This document shows, in pieces, positions 18,680 through 27,430 of a stretch of DNA of 47,104 nt (positions are counted from its first letter, which is position 1; each line of letters begins with the position of its first letter). The stretch covers positions 1 to 47,104 of the forward strand of contig DAOVJS010000002.1 of assembly GCA_030673105.1 (NCBI GenBank), given 5' to 3'. The notes under the pieces were generated by a model that saw nothing but the letters and a program-made list of their open reading frames with translations, was not told the origin of the DNA and ran no database searches. Origin of the DNA: Spirochaetota bacterium (GTDB lineage Bacteria; Spirochaetota; B62-G9; DRHN01). The position numbers and the translations under genes were made by a program.

Positions 18680-19438
18680 CTACATATTCGGTAAACCTAG
18701 AAACCGGGTAAATTCATCAGCAAATAAATACATCTGTTTGATTACATCAATTACAGTATATCCTTCAAGCCTTCTATCTTTTTCAAATTCACTGAAACTT
18801 AAAAAATCCTGGGGATGAAGAATAACAATGCCCCCCTTATTAAAATCATCAACCAGTACGTTCAAAAAAGTTCTTATATCTTTAAAAAACCGGTCCAGTG
18901 ATAAAAGATATCTATGCTTTATCTTATGTATTATGGATTTATCCCTGTAGAAAGCGATATTGTTATATTCCTCCCTGTTGAGAACATCTAATTCATAATC
19001 ATACTCCTTTAAAATCTTTTTTATCTCCATGAACCTGGGATAGAAAACATCTCTTTTTATGGAATGATTAAAGTCAAGCTTAATGTGGTATTCACTTAGA
19101 ATGGATAAGTAGTTCCTTTCAAAAAACTCCATGTACGAGGTCACAGCGTCAATCTCTCTGTCCCTGGAATCTTCTCTGTATTTTGCGATCTGGACCACGT
19201 TCAAAACTGAATCCAGGCCAGGATTATTAATATTTTCTTCCTCAAGCAGGTCATTCTCAATCCCGAGGATGATTATCCTTCCCTTTATTTTTTCTATAGT
19301 TTGTTTAACTTCTTTTATTTCTTTCAATACCCTCTTTTTTTGAAGCATATCACCAGATGTATTATACACCCCCTCAAGCTGTTTTAAAACCATCGTTTTG
19401 CTCCCAAGCTCCTGTCTCAGCTCTTTGTCTTCTCCCAT
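18680..19438 (-). CDS. Hypothetical cytoplasmic protein (252 aa, coiled-coil N-terminus), no family recognised
   Basis: A long ORF with no signal peptide, co-oriented between flaA and the bactofilin gene. An AGGGG RBS-like element lies upstream. Confidence 0.65.
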   Translation of the reverse strand: MGEDKELRQELGSKTMVLKQLEGVYNTSGDMLQKKRVLKEIKEVKQTIEKIKGRIIILGIENDLLEEENINNPGLDSVLNVVQIAKYREDSRDREIDAVTSYMEFFERNYLSILSEYHIKLDFNHSIKRDVFYPRFMEIKKILKEYDYELDVLNREEYNNIAFYRDKSIIHKIKHRYLLSLDRFFKDIRTFLNVLVDDFNKGGIVILHPQDFLSFSEFEKDRRLEGYTVIDVIKQMYLFADEFTRFLGLPNM

Positions 19439-19462
19439 AACCGCCCCTGAACCTTCACAGAC

Positions 19463-19504
19463 AAAAATAATCTCTATTCGCCAAAACGAATAGAGATTAT
19501 TTTT
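19463..19504 (-). terminator. Perfect 18-bp hairpin (6-nt loop) flanked by A/T runs; intrinsic terminator or attenuator after flaA
   Basis: aaaaataatctctattcg (19463..19480), loop ccaaaa, cgaatagagattattttt (19487..19504). It lies 122 nt after the flaA stop and 25 nt before the next start. Confidence 0.5.
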
Positions 19505-19625
19505 AAAAATTAATTGCCGAGTTTCTTTTTTGTGACTGACAGCGCTGAATCAACATTCAATTGAAGTATATAGCAATAATGTTCATCGTTAGGAGAACGA
19601 ATTAGGGGATTCTGTACTCTATTGA

Positions 19626-20327
19626 TCACCAGCCATCGTTCATATCATCCTCATCCCTGTATTCTTCATTGTAAATGTCTGTAATAGCCCTTAATTCATC
19701 AAAATATACATAATAAACGCCGTAACTTTCAGAAGGATCACACTTAACAACAAATCCGGTAAAGCTTATTCCTCTCCACTCCGTATTGTTGTAATTATCC
19801 TGTTCGATGGATACAGGTATTGCGATCGAGATCTTTTTCCAGCCAACGAAATCAAGCAGCCCCATATCCAGTATTCTTTTTTCGCCTTTATAGTCCAGGA
19901 TATTTAAATATAATCTATGTTTAAAACTCCTTCCGCATACCCATAGGGTGACAGCCTTTGTAATCCCGGGAATCTTTACCGGCCTGGACGGAGTTAAACT
20001 AAAATGAGAATATCCCCTTTGAGTAAACGCGACTTTCACACCAAGGACATAATCATTCCGGGTATTATCATTCGGGTCAATTTCAGGCACTTCAAGCGGC
20101 CTTCCTTTTCTCCTCATGGAAAAAATTATTCCCTTATCTACCGACATATAACCTGCCCAGGTATCTGCATCTTCAAAATGAGAGACCGGAATATCTGCCA
20201 GAAGCTGGGTGCCAGTCTGCACCCCCACCTGAAGACTTTCTGTATCCTGCTCCTGTGCAAGTACCGAGAAAGGGATAAATACCGTAATAAACAGCGTTAC
20301 TATTATTACACACACTGATTTTATCAT
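19626..20327 (-). CDS. flaA: Flagellar filament outer-layer (sheath) protein FlaA-like
   Basis: 233 aa. It has a signal peptide (..FSVLAQEQ). YVLGVKVAFTQRGY, GLLDFVGWKKISI and FTGFVV...YGVYYVYFDELRAITDIY follow the spirochaetal FlaA pattern as I remember it. Confidence 0.7.
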   Translation of the reverse strand: MIKSVCVIIVTLFITVFIPFSVLAQEQDTESLQVGVQTGTQLLADIPVSHFEDADTWAGYMSVDKGIIFSMRRKGRPLEVPEIDPNDNTRNDYVLGVKVAFTQRGYSHFSLTPSRPVKIPGITKAVTLWVCGRSFKHRLYLNILDYKGEKRILDMGLLDFVGWKKISIAIPVSIEQDNYNNTEWRGISFTGFVVKCDPSESYGVYYVYFDELRAITDIYNEEYRDEDDMNDGW

Positions 20328-20391
20328 TTATTTTATCTCCTTTTCATTCCTGGTAATTACTACCGGATTGCTATCACAATTTATCTAAATA

Positions 20392-21129
20392 CTATTCAGC
20401 ACCCGCAGTTTCAGAATTAGAGCTCCATATATCTCTGGAGGTGTCTGCTAATATATCACCGTCAAAGCGCTCTTTATAAACATCAGTCAATATTTTTAAA
20501 TGGTCAAAGTAAATCACAAAATCATCCACCCTTTCTGTGGGTTCGGTCCATATCGCGAACCGCACAAACGTGAGTGGTTTTTCCATGGGAAGATATCTCA
20601 TTTCTTGAGGAATTTGTTTCGGAATATCGATATTTAAGTTCCTCCATCCAATAAAATGAAGACTCCCCAGAGGAAGTATATGCACAACTCCGGTATAATC
20701 CCGAACATGAGCTTCCAGGTTATAGTAATAATTTCCACCCCACACCCAGGCATCAAGCCTCATTGCTCTACCCGGAATTACAATCTCTTCCGAGGGATAA
20801 ATCCATACCTTGTTATATCCTCTTCTTGTAAAAATTGACCTTACACCAAAGATGTACTTGTTTTCCGCCGAAGGGTATGCCCCTGTAAGCGCGGCAGGAA
20901 TCCCCTCTATACCCGATTTTAACTGCGGAAAACCTTCTTTGGTAAAACGGGAAGCCGATACGGTCCACTCTTTATCGTTAGTCTCAAAATCCTCCAAAAT
21001 TATGGACCTGATATCCTCCATCTTGAAACGTTTTCCCAGTACATCGGTAAAATATTGGGCGGAAACAAATGTTGGAAATAAGAATAGAAAAACCAATATT
21101 AAAAGAGAGAAGTTTCTGAGCTTCATCAC
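20392..21129 (-). CDS. flaA: Flagellar filament outer-layer (sheath) protein FlaA-like, second paralogue
   Basis: 245 aa. It has a signal peptide (..TFVSAQY). ILEDFETNDKEWTV, YIFGVRSIFTRRGYN, GSLHFIGWRNLNI and VIYFDHLKILTDVY follow the same pattern as its neighbour. Confidence 0.7.
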   Translation of the reverse strand: MMKLRNFSLLILVFLFLFPTFVSAQYFTDVLGKRFKMEDIRSIILEDFETNDKEWTVSASRFTKEGFPQLKSGIEGIPAALTGAYPSAENKYIFGVRSIFTRRGYNKVWIYPSEEIVIPGRAMRLDAWVWGGNYYYNLEAHVRDYTGVVHILPLGSLHFIGWRNLNIDIPKQIPQEMRYLPMEKPLTFVRFAIWTEPTERVDDFVIYFDHLKILTDVYKERFDGDILADTSRDIWSSNSETAGAE

Positions 21130-21235
21130 ATTACTCCTTTAAGATAATGAAGGTTAATAAAGACAAAATCTGCTTATATACTGATAACTCCTGCTTTTTA
21201 TTGCACCGTCAGATAGACTTTTATCTACTCATACT

Positions 21236-21263
21236 ATATCGGTAAGTTGTTTACAATTTTTTA
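21236..21263 (-). promoter_or_regulatory. Sigma28 (FliA)-type promoter candidate upstream of flaA
   Basis: The minus strand reads TAAAAAAT-N12-ACCGATAT, against the consensus TAAAGTTT-N11-GCCGATAA. It has the same TAAA-N16-CCGATAT layout as the fliS promoter and lies 107 nt before the ATG. Confidence 0.35.
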
Positions 21264-21306
21264 ATGCTATTTGAAAATTTCTCGATAAATAATGGCCTTT
21301 CTTTTA

Positions 21307-21336
21307 AGTATAGGACGTTATACTGTATTCTGTCAA
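21307..21336 (-). promoter_or_regulatory. Sigma70-like promoter candidate further upstream of flaA
   Basis: The minus strand reads TTGACA-N18-TATACT. Confidence 0.3.
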
Positions 21337-21362
21337 TACTCAATTCAGTTTTTTTTACGACT

Positions 21363-22265
21363 TTAGCTTTTTTTTAACAGATCCCTGTAAACTTCGTGAG
21401 CCATGTATGAGCTCCGGACGTACGGTCCTGAAGCGACATACAGGAATCCTATCTTTTTTGCCTGTTCTTCGTAAAATTTAAATTTTTCAGGAGTTATATA
21501 TTCGTGGATAGGGATGTTCCATAGGCCGGGCCTTAGATACTGGCCAATGGTGACAGCACTGCATCCGGATTCCCTTAAGCTCTCAAGAACCTCAAGCACC
21601 TCATTTTCTTTTTCCCCGAGTCCCAGCATTAACCCGGACTTAAGAAATGTTTCAGGATAGTTGTTATTTACATGTTTTAAAAGAGAAAGGGATCTTTTAT
21701 ATTCCGCGCCCGGCCTCACCCTTTCATACAATCGCGGCACAGTCTCGATATTATGATTGTATACATCAGGGCCGGCGTCTGCCACTGCATTTATTGCCCT
21801 CACATCACCCTGAAAATCAGGAGTTAAAACTTCAATCTTAACCCCATAATCAAGTTCCCTCAATTTCCTTATGGTGAGTGCGAATTGCCGCCCCCCCCCG
21901 TCATTCAGGTCATCCCTTGTGACCGAAGTAATTACAACATACTCCAGTTTTAGTGCCTTCACAGCCTGATACACCTTCTCAGGTTCGTCTTTACACAGGG
22001 GGATTACCTCACCGGGCTCCGCTTTTTTCACGGAGCAGAAGGTACAACCGCGGGTACATCTGTTTCCAAGAATTAAAAAGGTCGCCCTTTTATGATAAAA
22101 ACATTCTGAGAGATTCGGGCATCGCGCGCTTTTGCATACAGTATTCAAACCTAATTTACCGAGTATTTTTTTTACTTCATGCCTTTCATCGGTATATACT
22201 ATCCTTTTTGAGAGCCATGAAGGCTTCCGGAGATATTTCAATTCATTTTTTACCCTGTTTTCCAT
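21363..22265 (-). CDS. lipA: Lipoyl synthase
   Basis: It has CPNLSECF plus the radical-SAM motif CTRGCTFC. I prefer the ATG at 22265 (MENRVKNELKYLRKPSWL). The ORF extends to a TTG at 22325, which has no RBS. Confidence 0.9.
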   Translation of the reverse strand: MENRVKNELKYLRKPSWLSKRIVYTDERHEVKKILGKLGLNTVCKSARCPNLSECFYHKRATFLILGNRCTRGCTFCSVKKAEPGEVIPLCKDEPEKVYQAVKALKLEYVVITSVTRDDLNDGGGRQFALTIRKLRELDYGVKIEVLTPDFQGDVRAINAVADAGPDVYNHNIETVPRLYERVRPGAEYKRSLSLLKHVNNNYPETFLKSGLMLGLGEKENEVLEVLESLRESGCSAVTIGQYLRPGLWNIPIHEYITPEKFKFYEEQAKKIGFLYVASGPYVRSSYMAHEVYRDLLKKS

Positions 22266-22470
22266 AGTAAATGCCTGCCCTTTAACAGTCACTTTAAAAT
22301 TAACCTTAAAAGAACGTGCCGTCAAGGAAGAGGGAGGCCTGCTGCCAGGTTTTATGTTACACGGGATTACGATTGGATAATGAGAAATGATGATTAACCA
22401 TGGGTAATTGAAACAATCAGATTTTTGTATTAAACGAACTACGATTAAATAAAACAGCGGGATTTTAAAT

Positions 22471-23160
22471 TCAGGAATTCTTTTTTAACACAAAGGGGTC
22501 CTTAATACTGTACCTGTTCTTCATTGCGGCCATTGTATTGGCTGCTATCCCCTTTGTCTCAAAAGGGCCGACTCTCACCCTGAAAAAGGTTTTCTCCTCA
22601 ACAAGGGCTTCCTCAATAATAACCTTATACATCTTCTTGCGAAGGCTTTTAGCAAAACTCTCCGCGTTGGCTTTTTCATTGAAAGAGGCAACCTGTATGT
22701 AATAATCCCCTCTTTCCACATATGGAATAGTTTTTTCGTGGTACGGTTCATCCGGCACCAGAGCTTTAACCTGCTCTGGCTCTTCGAATGTATCCTTGAC
22801 TGTTTGCTGCTCTTCAAAGTAAACATCAGGTTGAGGCTTTTTTTGAAGCTCCTCAGCGGCAGATTCTATACTGTTTATATCTATATAACGGGTTTCTGCT
22901 CTAAGGTTTTCCTCAAGGAGATCAAGAAGAGCAAGCTCTCCGCCTTTCTCCTTTTCCTCTTCAGTTATTTCTTCTGTTTTTATAACTTCAGATTTATCAA
23001 TATCAAAAATATCCCTTAATACTTTCCCTCCTCCCGCAAAAAATCCAAAGACAAATATCCCGATTACAGCGATACCAATAAAAAAGGAAATCCAGAAAAT
23101 CCTGCCTGTATCAAGAGTAACCTGGTAAAATTCCTTGGGTCTTCTTCTATCGTCTTCCAT
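22471..23160 (-). CDS. SPOR-domain membrane protein
   Basis: 229 aa. It has one TM helix, an acidic linker, and a C-terminal YYIQVASFNEKANAESFAKSL...FFRVRVGPFETKGIA SPOR pattern. Confidence 0.75.
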   Translation of the reverse strand: MEDDRRRPKEFYQVTLDTGRIFWISFFIGIAVIGIFVFGFFAGGGKVLRDIFDIDKSEVIKTEEITEEEKEKGGELALLDLLEENLRAETRYIDINSIESAAEELQKKPQPDVYFEEQQTVKDTFEEPEQVKALVPDEPYHEKTIPYVERGDYYIQVASFNEKANAESFAKSLRKKMYKVIIEEALVEEKTFFRVRVGPFETKGIAANTMAAMKNRYSIKDPFVLKKNS

Positions 23161-23162
23161 AT

Positions 23163-23732
23163 TTAGACCTTTGATCTTACAGTCTCAACAACTCTTCTAA
23201 CCTTTTCTTTAAACTCGCCGGCATTCCCCTTATTATCAATAACCTTATCGACAAAATGTAATTTCTCCTTTAAAGAGATTTGTGATCTTAACCTCCGTAA
23301 AGCTTCATCCTTTGACAGATTATCCCTCGCCATGCCGCGTTCAACCGCGATATTTTTATTTATATTTATGCCCAGTACAAAATCACAGACCTCATGCAGG
23401 CCCATTTCAATAAGAAGCGCGGCATTGATAACAGTGTCCCCATCATTTTTAACGAGGCCCTTAACTCTTTTTACCATCCAGGGATGGACAATCAATTCCA
23501 GCCTTTTCATTTCTGTATTTCTGTTGAAAACTATTTTTCCAAGCTCCTTTCTATCGATCAAATTCTTTTTCAATACCCTCTCACTAAAAGCGCGGACAAT
23601 TTCGTCCTTTTTTACTTCAAGCGCTTCATGCCCGATGCTGTCCACATCTATAACCCTGAAGCCGCTGTCATGGAAGATAGAACTAGCAATGCTCTTACCC
23701 GAGCAGTAAATACCGGTTATGCCGATGACCAT
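23163..23732 (-). CDS. coaE: Dephospho-CoA kinase
   Basis: 189 aa. It has a P-loop (GITGIYCSGKS) and a D..GH motif (VIDVDSIGHE). It sits immediately downstream of polA. Confidence 0.85.
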   Translation of the reverse strand: MVIGITGIYCSGKSIASSIFHDSGFRVIDVDSIGHEALEVKKDEIVRAFSERVLKKNLIDRKELGKIVFNRNTEMKRLELIVHPWMVKRVKGLVKNDGDTVINAALLIEMGLHEVCDFVLGININKNIAVERGMARDNLSKDEALRRLRSQISLKEKLHFVDKVIDNKGNAGEFKEKVRRVVETVRSKV

Positions 23733-23733
23733 C

Positions 23734-26421
23734 TCAGTGCGCCTCTTCCCAGTTGTCCCCTACAGATATATTTACTCTCAACGGTACATTAAAGACAAGA
23801 GCATTTTCCATTTTTTCCTTCACCATTTTTATGAGGGCCCTGTATTCATTATCAGGCGATTCAAACAGGAGCTCATCATGTACCTGTATGATCATTCTGC
23901 TCTTAAAACCCAGTTTATTTAGCTCTTCATCAATAGTTACCATTGCCTTTTTGATCAGATCCGCTGCTGTCCCCTGTATCGGCGTATTGATTGCAATTCT
24001 TCTTGCCGCCTCAAAGATATTCCTGTTTTGTGAGTGAATGTCCGGGACGTATCTCCTTCTCCCGAGCAGGGTCTCCACATAGCCTTTTTCCTTAACTTTC
24101 TCAACAACACTCTCAAAATATCTCTTCACCCCGCTGTATCTGGCAAAGTACATTTCGATAAACCGGGCAGCCTCCTTTCTGGAGATACCCAGTCTTTTTG
24201 AAAGTCCAAAGGGACTTATTCCGTATATAATACTGAAGTTTATGGTTTTTGACGCCTGCCTTTGATACTCCCGGACTTCCTCAAGGTCCACTCCAAAGAG
24301 CAGGGATGCAGTTTCTGTGTGAATATCTCCATCGTTCCTGAAAGTACGGATGAGAGTTTCATCAGAGGAGAGTGAAGCAAGTATTCTGAGCTCGATCTGT
24401 GAATAATCGGCAGAAACCAGGTGCCATCCATCTTCCGGGATGAAAGCTCTTCTTATTGCTTTTCCTTCCTTTTCCCTAATCGGTATATTTTGCAGATTGG
24501 GTTTACTCGAAGAAAGCCTCCCTGTTGTCGCGACCGTTTGATTAAAAGAAGTATGTATCCTTCCGGTCCTTTGATTTACGAGAGAAGGGAGGGAATCAAT
24601 GTATGTTGATTTCAGTTTTGTAAGCATTCTATATCTCAGAAGAAGCTGAGCGATTTCATGTGAATGAGCAAGCTCTGCAAGAACAGATTCATCGGTGGAT
24701 ATTCCGGTTTTTGTCCTCTTTATCACCGGGAGTTTCATTTTTTCAAAAAGCACACCTGAAAGCTGTTTTGTGGATCTGACATTAAACTCCTCTCCCGCGA
24801 TTTCAAATATCTGTCCCTCGATTTCCGCGATCTCTTCACTGAAGGCGACACTCATTTTTTCCAGGTAACCCGAATCTATACGCACTCCCCTGTTTTCCAT
24901 TTTCCCCAGCACGACGAGGAGCGGAATTTCAATGCCGGTATACAGGTCCAGGAGTTTCTCCTCCTCTAACTTCTTCCTTAACATGTTGTTTAGCCTTAAG
25001 GCTATATCGCTGTCTTCACCCGCGTACCTGGCCACATCTTTCAATGGATAATCCAGGAGAGTCTCATCTTTGCCTTTCACAATATCAGAATAATGAATTG
25101 TCTTGTAATTTAGATACTCCATAGCAAGGTCATCAAGACTGTACCTCTGCTTCTGAGGATTGAGGAGATAAGCGGCTATCATAGAATCTCCGGCAATTCC
25201 ACTCACAAACACTCCATATTTTAACAGAACAACAAAATCATACTTTATGTTCTGTCCGACCTTTTTAATCTTTTCATTTTCAAGGATACCCTTTAACTCC
25301 GTTTTTAGAAAATTATACCCCTTAGCTCTGCCCGTTTTGGACACAACCGGGATGTAATATCCCTCACCTTCGTCAAGAGAAACCGATATGCCGATAACAT
25401 CCGAGGCTACCGGATCTTTGCCTGTGGTTTCAGTATCAAGGGATATTAATTCAGCTTTCAGGATTTTTTCCTTCAATTTAAAAAAATCTATTTCGTTTTC
25501 GATTAAAGAATATTTACCCCTGCTTTGTTCGGTTATCTTTTCAGCGGCAGGCGATCCCCTGAGCTCGGCGGCAATTGAATTGAGCTCCTTTTCTTCAAGT
25601 AAAGCAATTCCCTCCTCTTTCGGGAAGCCCTCCAATCCGTAATCAGCTATCTTAAAATCTAAAGGCAAATCTTTTTTAAGAGTAACAAGGCGCTTGCTTA
25701 AAAACGCGTCCTCCCTGCCCTGGACAAGAAGATTCTTTGTCCTTTCACTCTCAACATCCTGAATATTTTCAAACAGGTTTTCAATACTGCCAAACTGCTG
25801 CACAAGCTTTACCGCGAAAATCTGTCCGATCCCCCTTACGCCGGGTATATTGTCGGATTTATCGCCCATTAACGCGAGCAGGTCTATCATCCTTTCCGGC
25901 CAAACACCCCATTTATCAAAGATCTTCTCCCTGTCCATAGTATCGAACTCGGAAACGCCCTTCTTATTTGCCAGTACTGTTGTGCTGTCATTTACAAGCT
26001 GCAAAATATCCTTATCCCCGGAAACAATGATACTCTTAAATCCGTTTTTCTGCGCTTTCACTGACAGAGTTCCCATTATGTCGTCAGCCTCATATCCGTC
26101 CATTTCCAGTTTCGATATTCCAAGCTTCTCAACAAGAGCCCTGATTGTATCCCCCTGGGCAATAAGGTCGTCAGGCGCTTTCAATCTCTTCGCTTTATAC
26201 TCGGGATACAGCTCGTGCCTGAAGGTTTTCACCTTTGAATCAAAAACACAAATAAAGTAGCCAGGGTTTCGGTCTTTTATCAGTTTCAGTACCATTCTCA
26301 TGAATCCGAAAATTGCCGACGTGTTCTCCCCCTTCGTTGTCACAAGGGGATTTTTAATAAAAGCGTAGTACGCCCTGTATATGAGCGCGTGCCCGTCGAT
26401 TATATATAAAACATCTTTCAT
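23734..26421 (-). CDS. polA: DNA polymerase I
   Basis: 895 aa. It has a 5'-nuclease N-terminus and the polymerase motifs DYSQIELR and QVHDELLFE. Confidence 0.95.
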   Translation of the reverse strand: MKDVLYIIDGHALIYRAYYAFIKNPLVTTKGENTSAIFGFMRMVLKLIKDRNPGYFICVFDSKVKTFRHELYPEYKAKRLKAPDDLIAQGDTIRALVEKLGISKLEMDGYEADDIMGTLSVKAQKNGFKSIIVSGDKDILQLVNDSTTVLANKKGVSEFDTMDREKIFDKWGVWPERMIDLLALMGDKSDNIPGVRGIGQIFAVKLVQQFGSIENLFENIQDVESERTKNLLVQGREDAFLSKRLVTLKKDLPLDFKIADYGLEGFPKEEGIALLEEKELNSIAAELRGSPAAEKITEQSRGKYSLIENEIDFFKLKEKILKAELISLDTETTGKDPVASDVIGISVSLDEGEGYYIPVVSKTGRAKGYNFLKTELKGILENEKIKKVGQNIKYDFVVLLKYGVFVSGIAGDSMIAAYLLNPQKQRYSLDDLAMEYLNYKTIHYSDIVKGKDETLLDYPLKDVARYAGEDSDIALRLNNMLRKKLEEEKLLDLYTGIEIPLLVVLGKMENRGVRIDSGYLEKMSVAFSEEIAEIEGQIFEIAGEEFNVRSTKQLSGVLFEKMKLPVIKRTKTGISTDESVLAELAHSHEIAQLLLRYRMLTKLKSTYIDSLPSLVNQRTGRIHTSFNQTVATTGRLSSSKPNLQNIPIREKEGKAIRRAFIPEDGWHLVSADYSQIELRILASLSSDETLIRTFRNDGDIHTETASLLFGVDLEEVREYQRQASKTINFSIIYGISPFGLSKRLGISRKEAARFIEMYFARYSGVKRYFESVVEKVKEKGYVETLLGRRRYVPDIHSQNRNIFEAARRIAINTPIQGTAADLIKKAMVTIDEELNKLGFKSRMIIQVHDELLFESPDNEYRALIKMVKEKMENALVFNVPLRVNISVGDNWEEAH

Positions 26422-26457
26422 AATATTATCCTATTCGCCCGCAGGTTTTCTTATGTA

Positions 26458-26486
26458 ACCATAACAGAAAATTAAATTATTTTCAA
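26458..26486 (-). promoter_or_regulatory. Sigma70-like promoter candidate for polA
   Basis: The minus strand reads TTGAAA-N17-TATGGT, about 37 nt upstream of the polA ATG. Confidence 0.3.
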
Positions 26487-26560
26487 AGATTAATTTAAAA
26501 ATGGTGTGGGCGGCGCGCTGGCAACGTGAGGAGCCTGGTGCATTCTCATAAAATGGGCTT

Positions 26561-26965
26561 TCACGCGCGCATGTTTACTATAGAAGGAATCGAATACATC
26601 GGGGACACTGAAAACCTTTTCAAATTTTCAAGGCTTTTTTTTGTCCGGATAATCCTGTTACTCAGATTCTTTCTTAACCCCAGACTTCTCTGAATAATCG
26701 ATGTCTGCAGGCGGTCTATTTCCGAAACTTTTTCCCGGATCCCGGGATCCCCTTTTAATATTACAAGGTCGGGAACAATATATTTCATGATCCCATTAAT
26801 ATCTTCTATTATCAGTCTTTCATTTTCCGTAAACTCGTGAAGGTTTTCAAAAAAAGCCCCCTCACAGGCATCCTGCTGAAGGTGCTTGAGAATAATCAAT
26901 TTCAGGTAGGCTTTCTTTATATAATCGAGATTCTCCAGGGTAATTTCCCTTTTATCCAGCAACAT
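26561..26965 (-). CDS. Hypothetical helical protein downstream of fliS (FliT/FlgN-like chaperone by position only)
   Basis: 134 aa. It overlaps the fliS stop by 14 nt. The fliS-fliT gene order is known from Bacillus. I saw no motif-level support. Confidence 0.5.
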   Translation of the reverse strand: MLLDKREITLENLDYIKKAYLKLIILKHLQQDACEGAFFENLHEFTENERLIIEDINGIMKYIVPDLVILKGDPGIREKVSEIDRLQTSIIQRSLGLRKNLSNRIIRTKKSLENLKRFSVSPMYSIPSIVNMRA

Positions 26966-27374
26966 CTATACCCCCCTCTCTTTTCATGTCATTCATGTCC
27001 GGGGTACCGCTTTTTTTTGCCACTTCATTCCATGCATCTCTCAGTTCACTTATCATATCTCTGACAAATTTAACCGGTTCAGGATCTTTTTGAACATTTC
27101 CTTCAATGAGTTTAGTATTGAAAAAAGAATATATACTCAGCAGTTTATTGCTCATATCCCCTGCATCTAAATTCAGTGACATGATTAATTCTGAAATAAT
27201 GTCCTGAGATTTAAGAATATTGTTATTAACGACATCATACTTTTTAAGAGGAAAGCTCTCCAGGGCTATATCCAGAAATCTTATAAGTCCATCGTAAAGG
27301 AAAACGACAAGCTTTCCCTTTGATGCGGTCTTAATCTGCGTTTCCCTGTAGGAGGTTATCCGGTCCCTGTCCAT
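26952..27374 (-). CDS. fliS: Flagellar export chaperone FliS
   Basis: 140 aa. YRETQIKTASKGKLVVFLYDGLIRFLDIA is the typical FliS N-terminal pattern. Confidence 0.85.
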   Translation of the reverse strand: MDRDRITSYRETQIKTASKGKLVVFLYDGLIRFLDIALESFPLKKYDVVNNNILKSQDIISELIMSLNLDAGDMSNKLLSIYSFFNTKLIEGNVQKDPEPVKFVRDMISELRDAWNEVAKKSGTPDMNDMKREGGIDVAG

Positions 27375-27402
27375 TAGTTACCCCTGAGTTGTTTGTCTTT
27401 AT

Positions 27403-27430
27403 ATATCGGAACTGTGTATTTTAAACTTTA
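27403..27430 (-). promoter_or_regulatory. Sigma28 (FliA)-type promoter for fliS
   Basis: The minus strand reads TAAAGTTT-N12-TCCGATAT, against the consensus TAAAGTTT-N11-GCCGATAA. The -10 element ends 28 nt before the fliS ATG. The -35 element overlaps the stop codon of the upstream maf gene. Confidence 0.6.

Noticed and set aside
21891-21899. A run of nine C (nine G on the coding strand, encoding GGG within ..NDGGGRQF..) inside lipA, as a phase-variation tract
   Set aside because: The frame is intact. lipA is a housekeeping gene with no obvious benefit from on/off switching. I note it only as a likely hotspot for sequencing or assembly indels.
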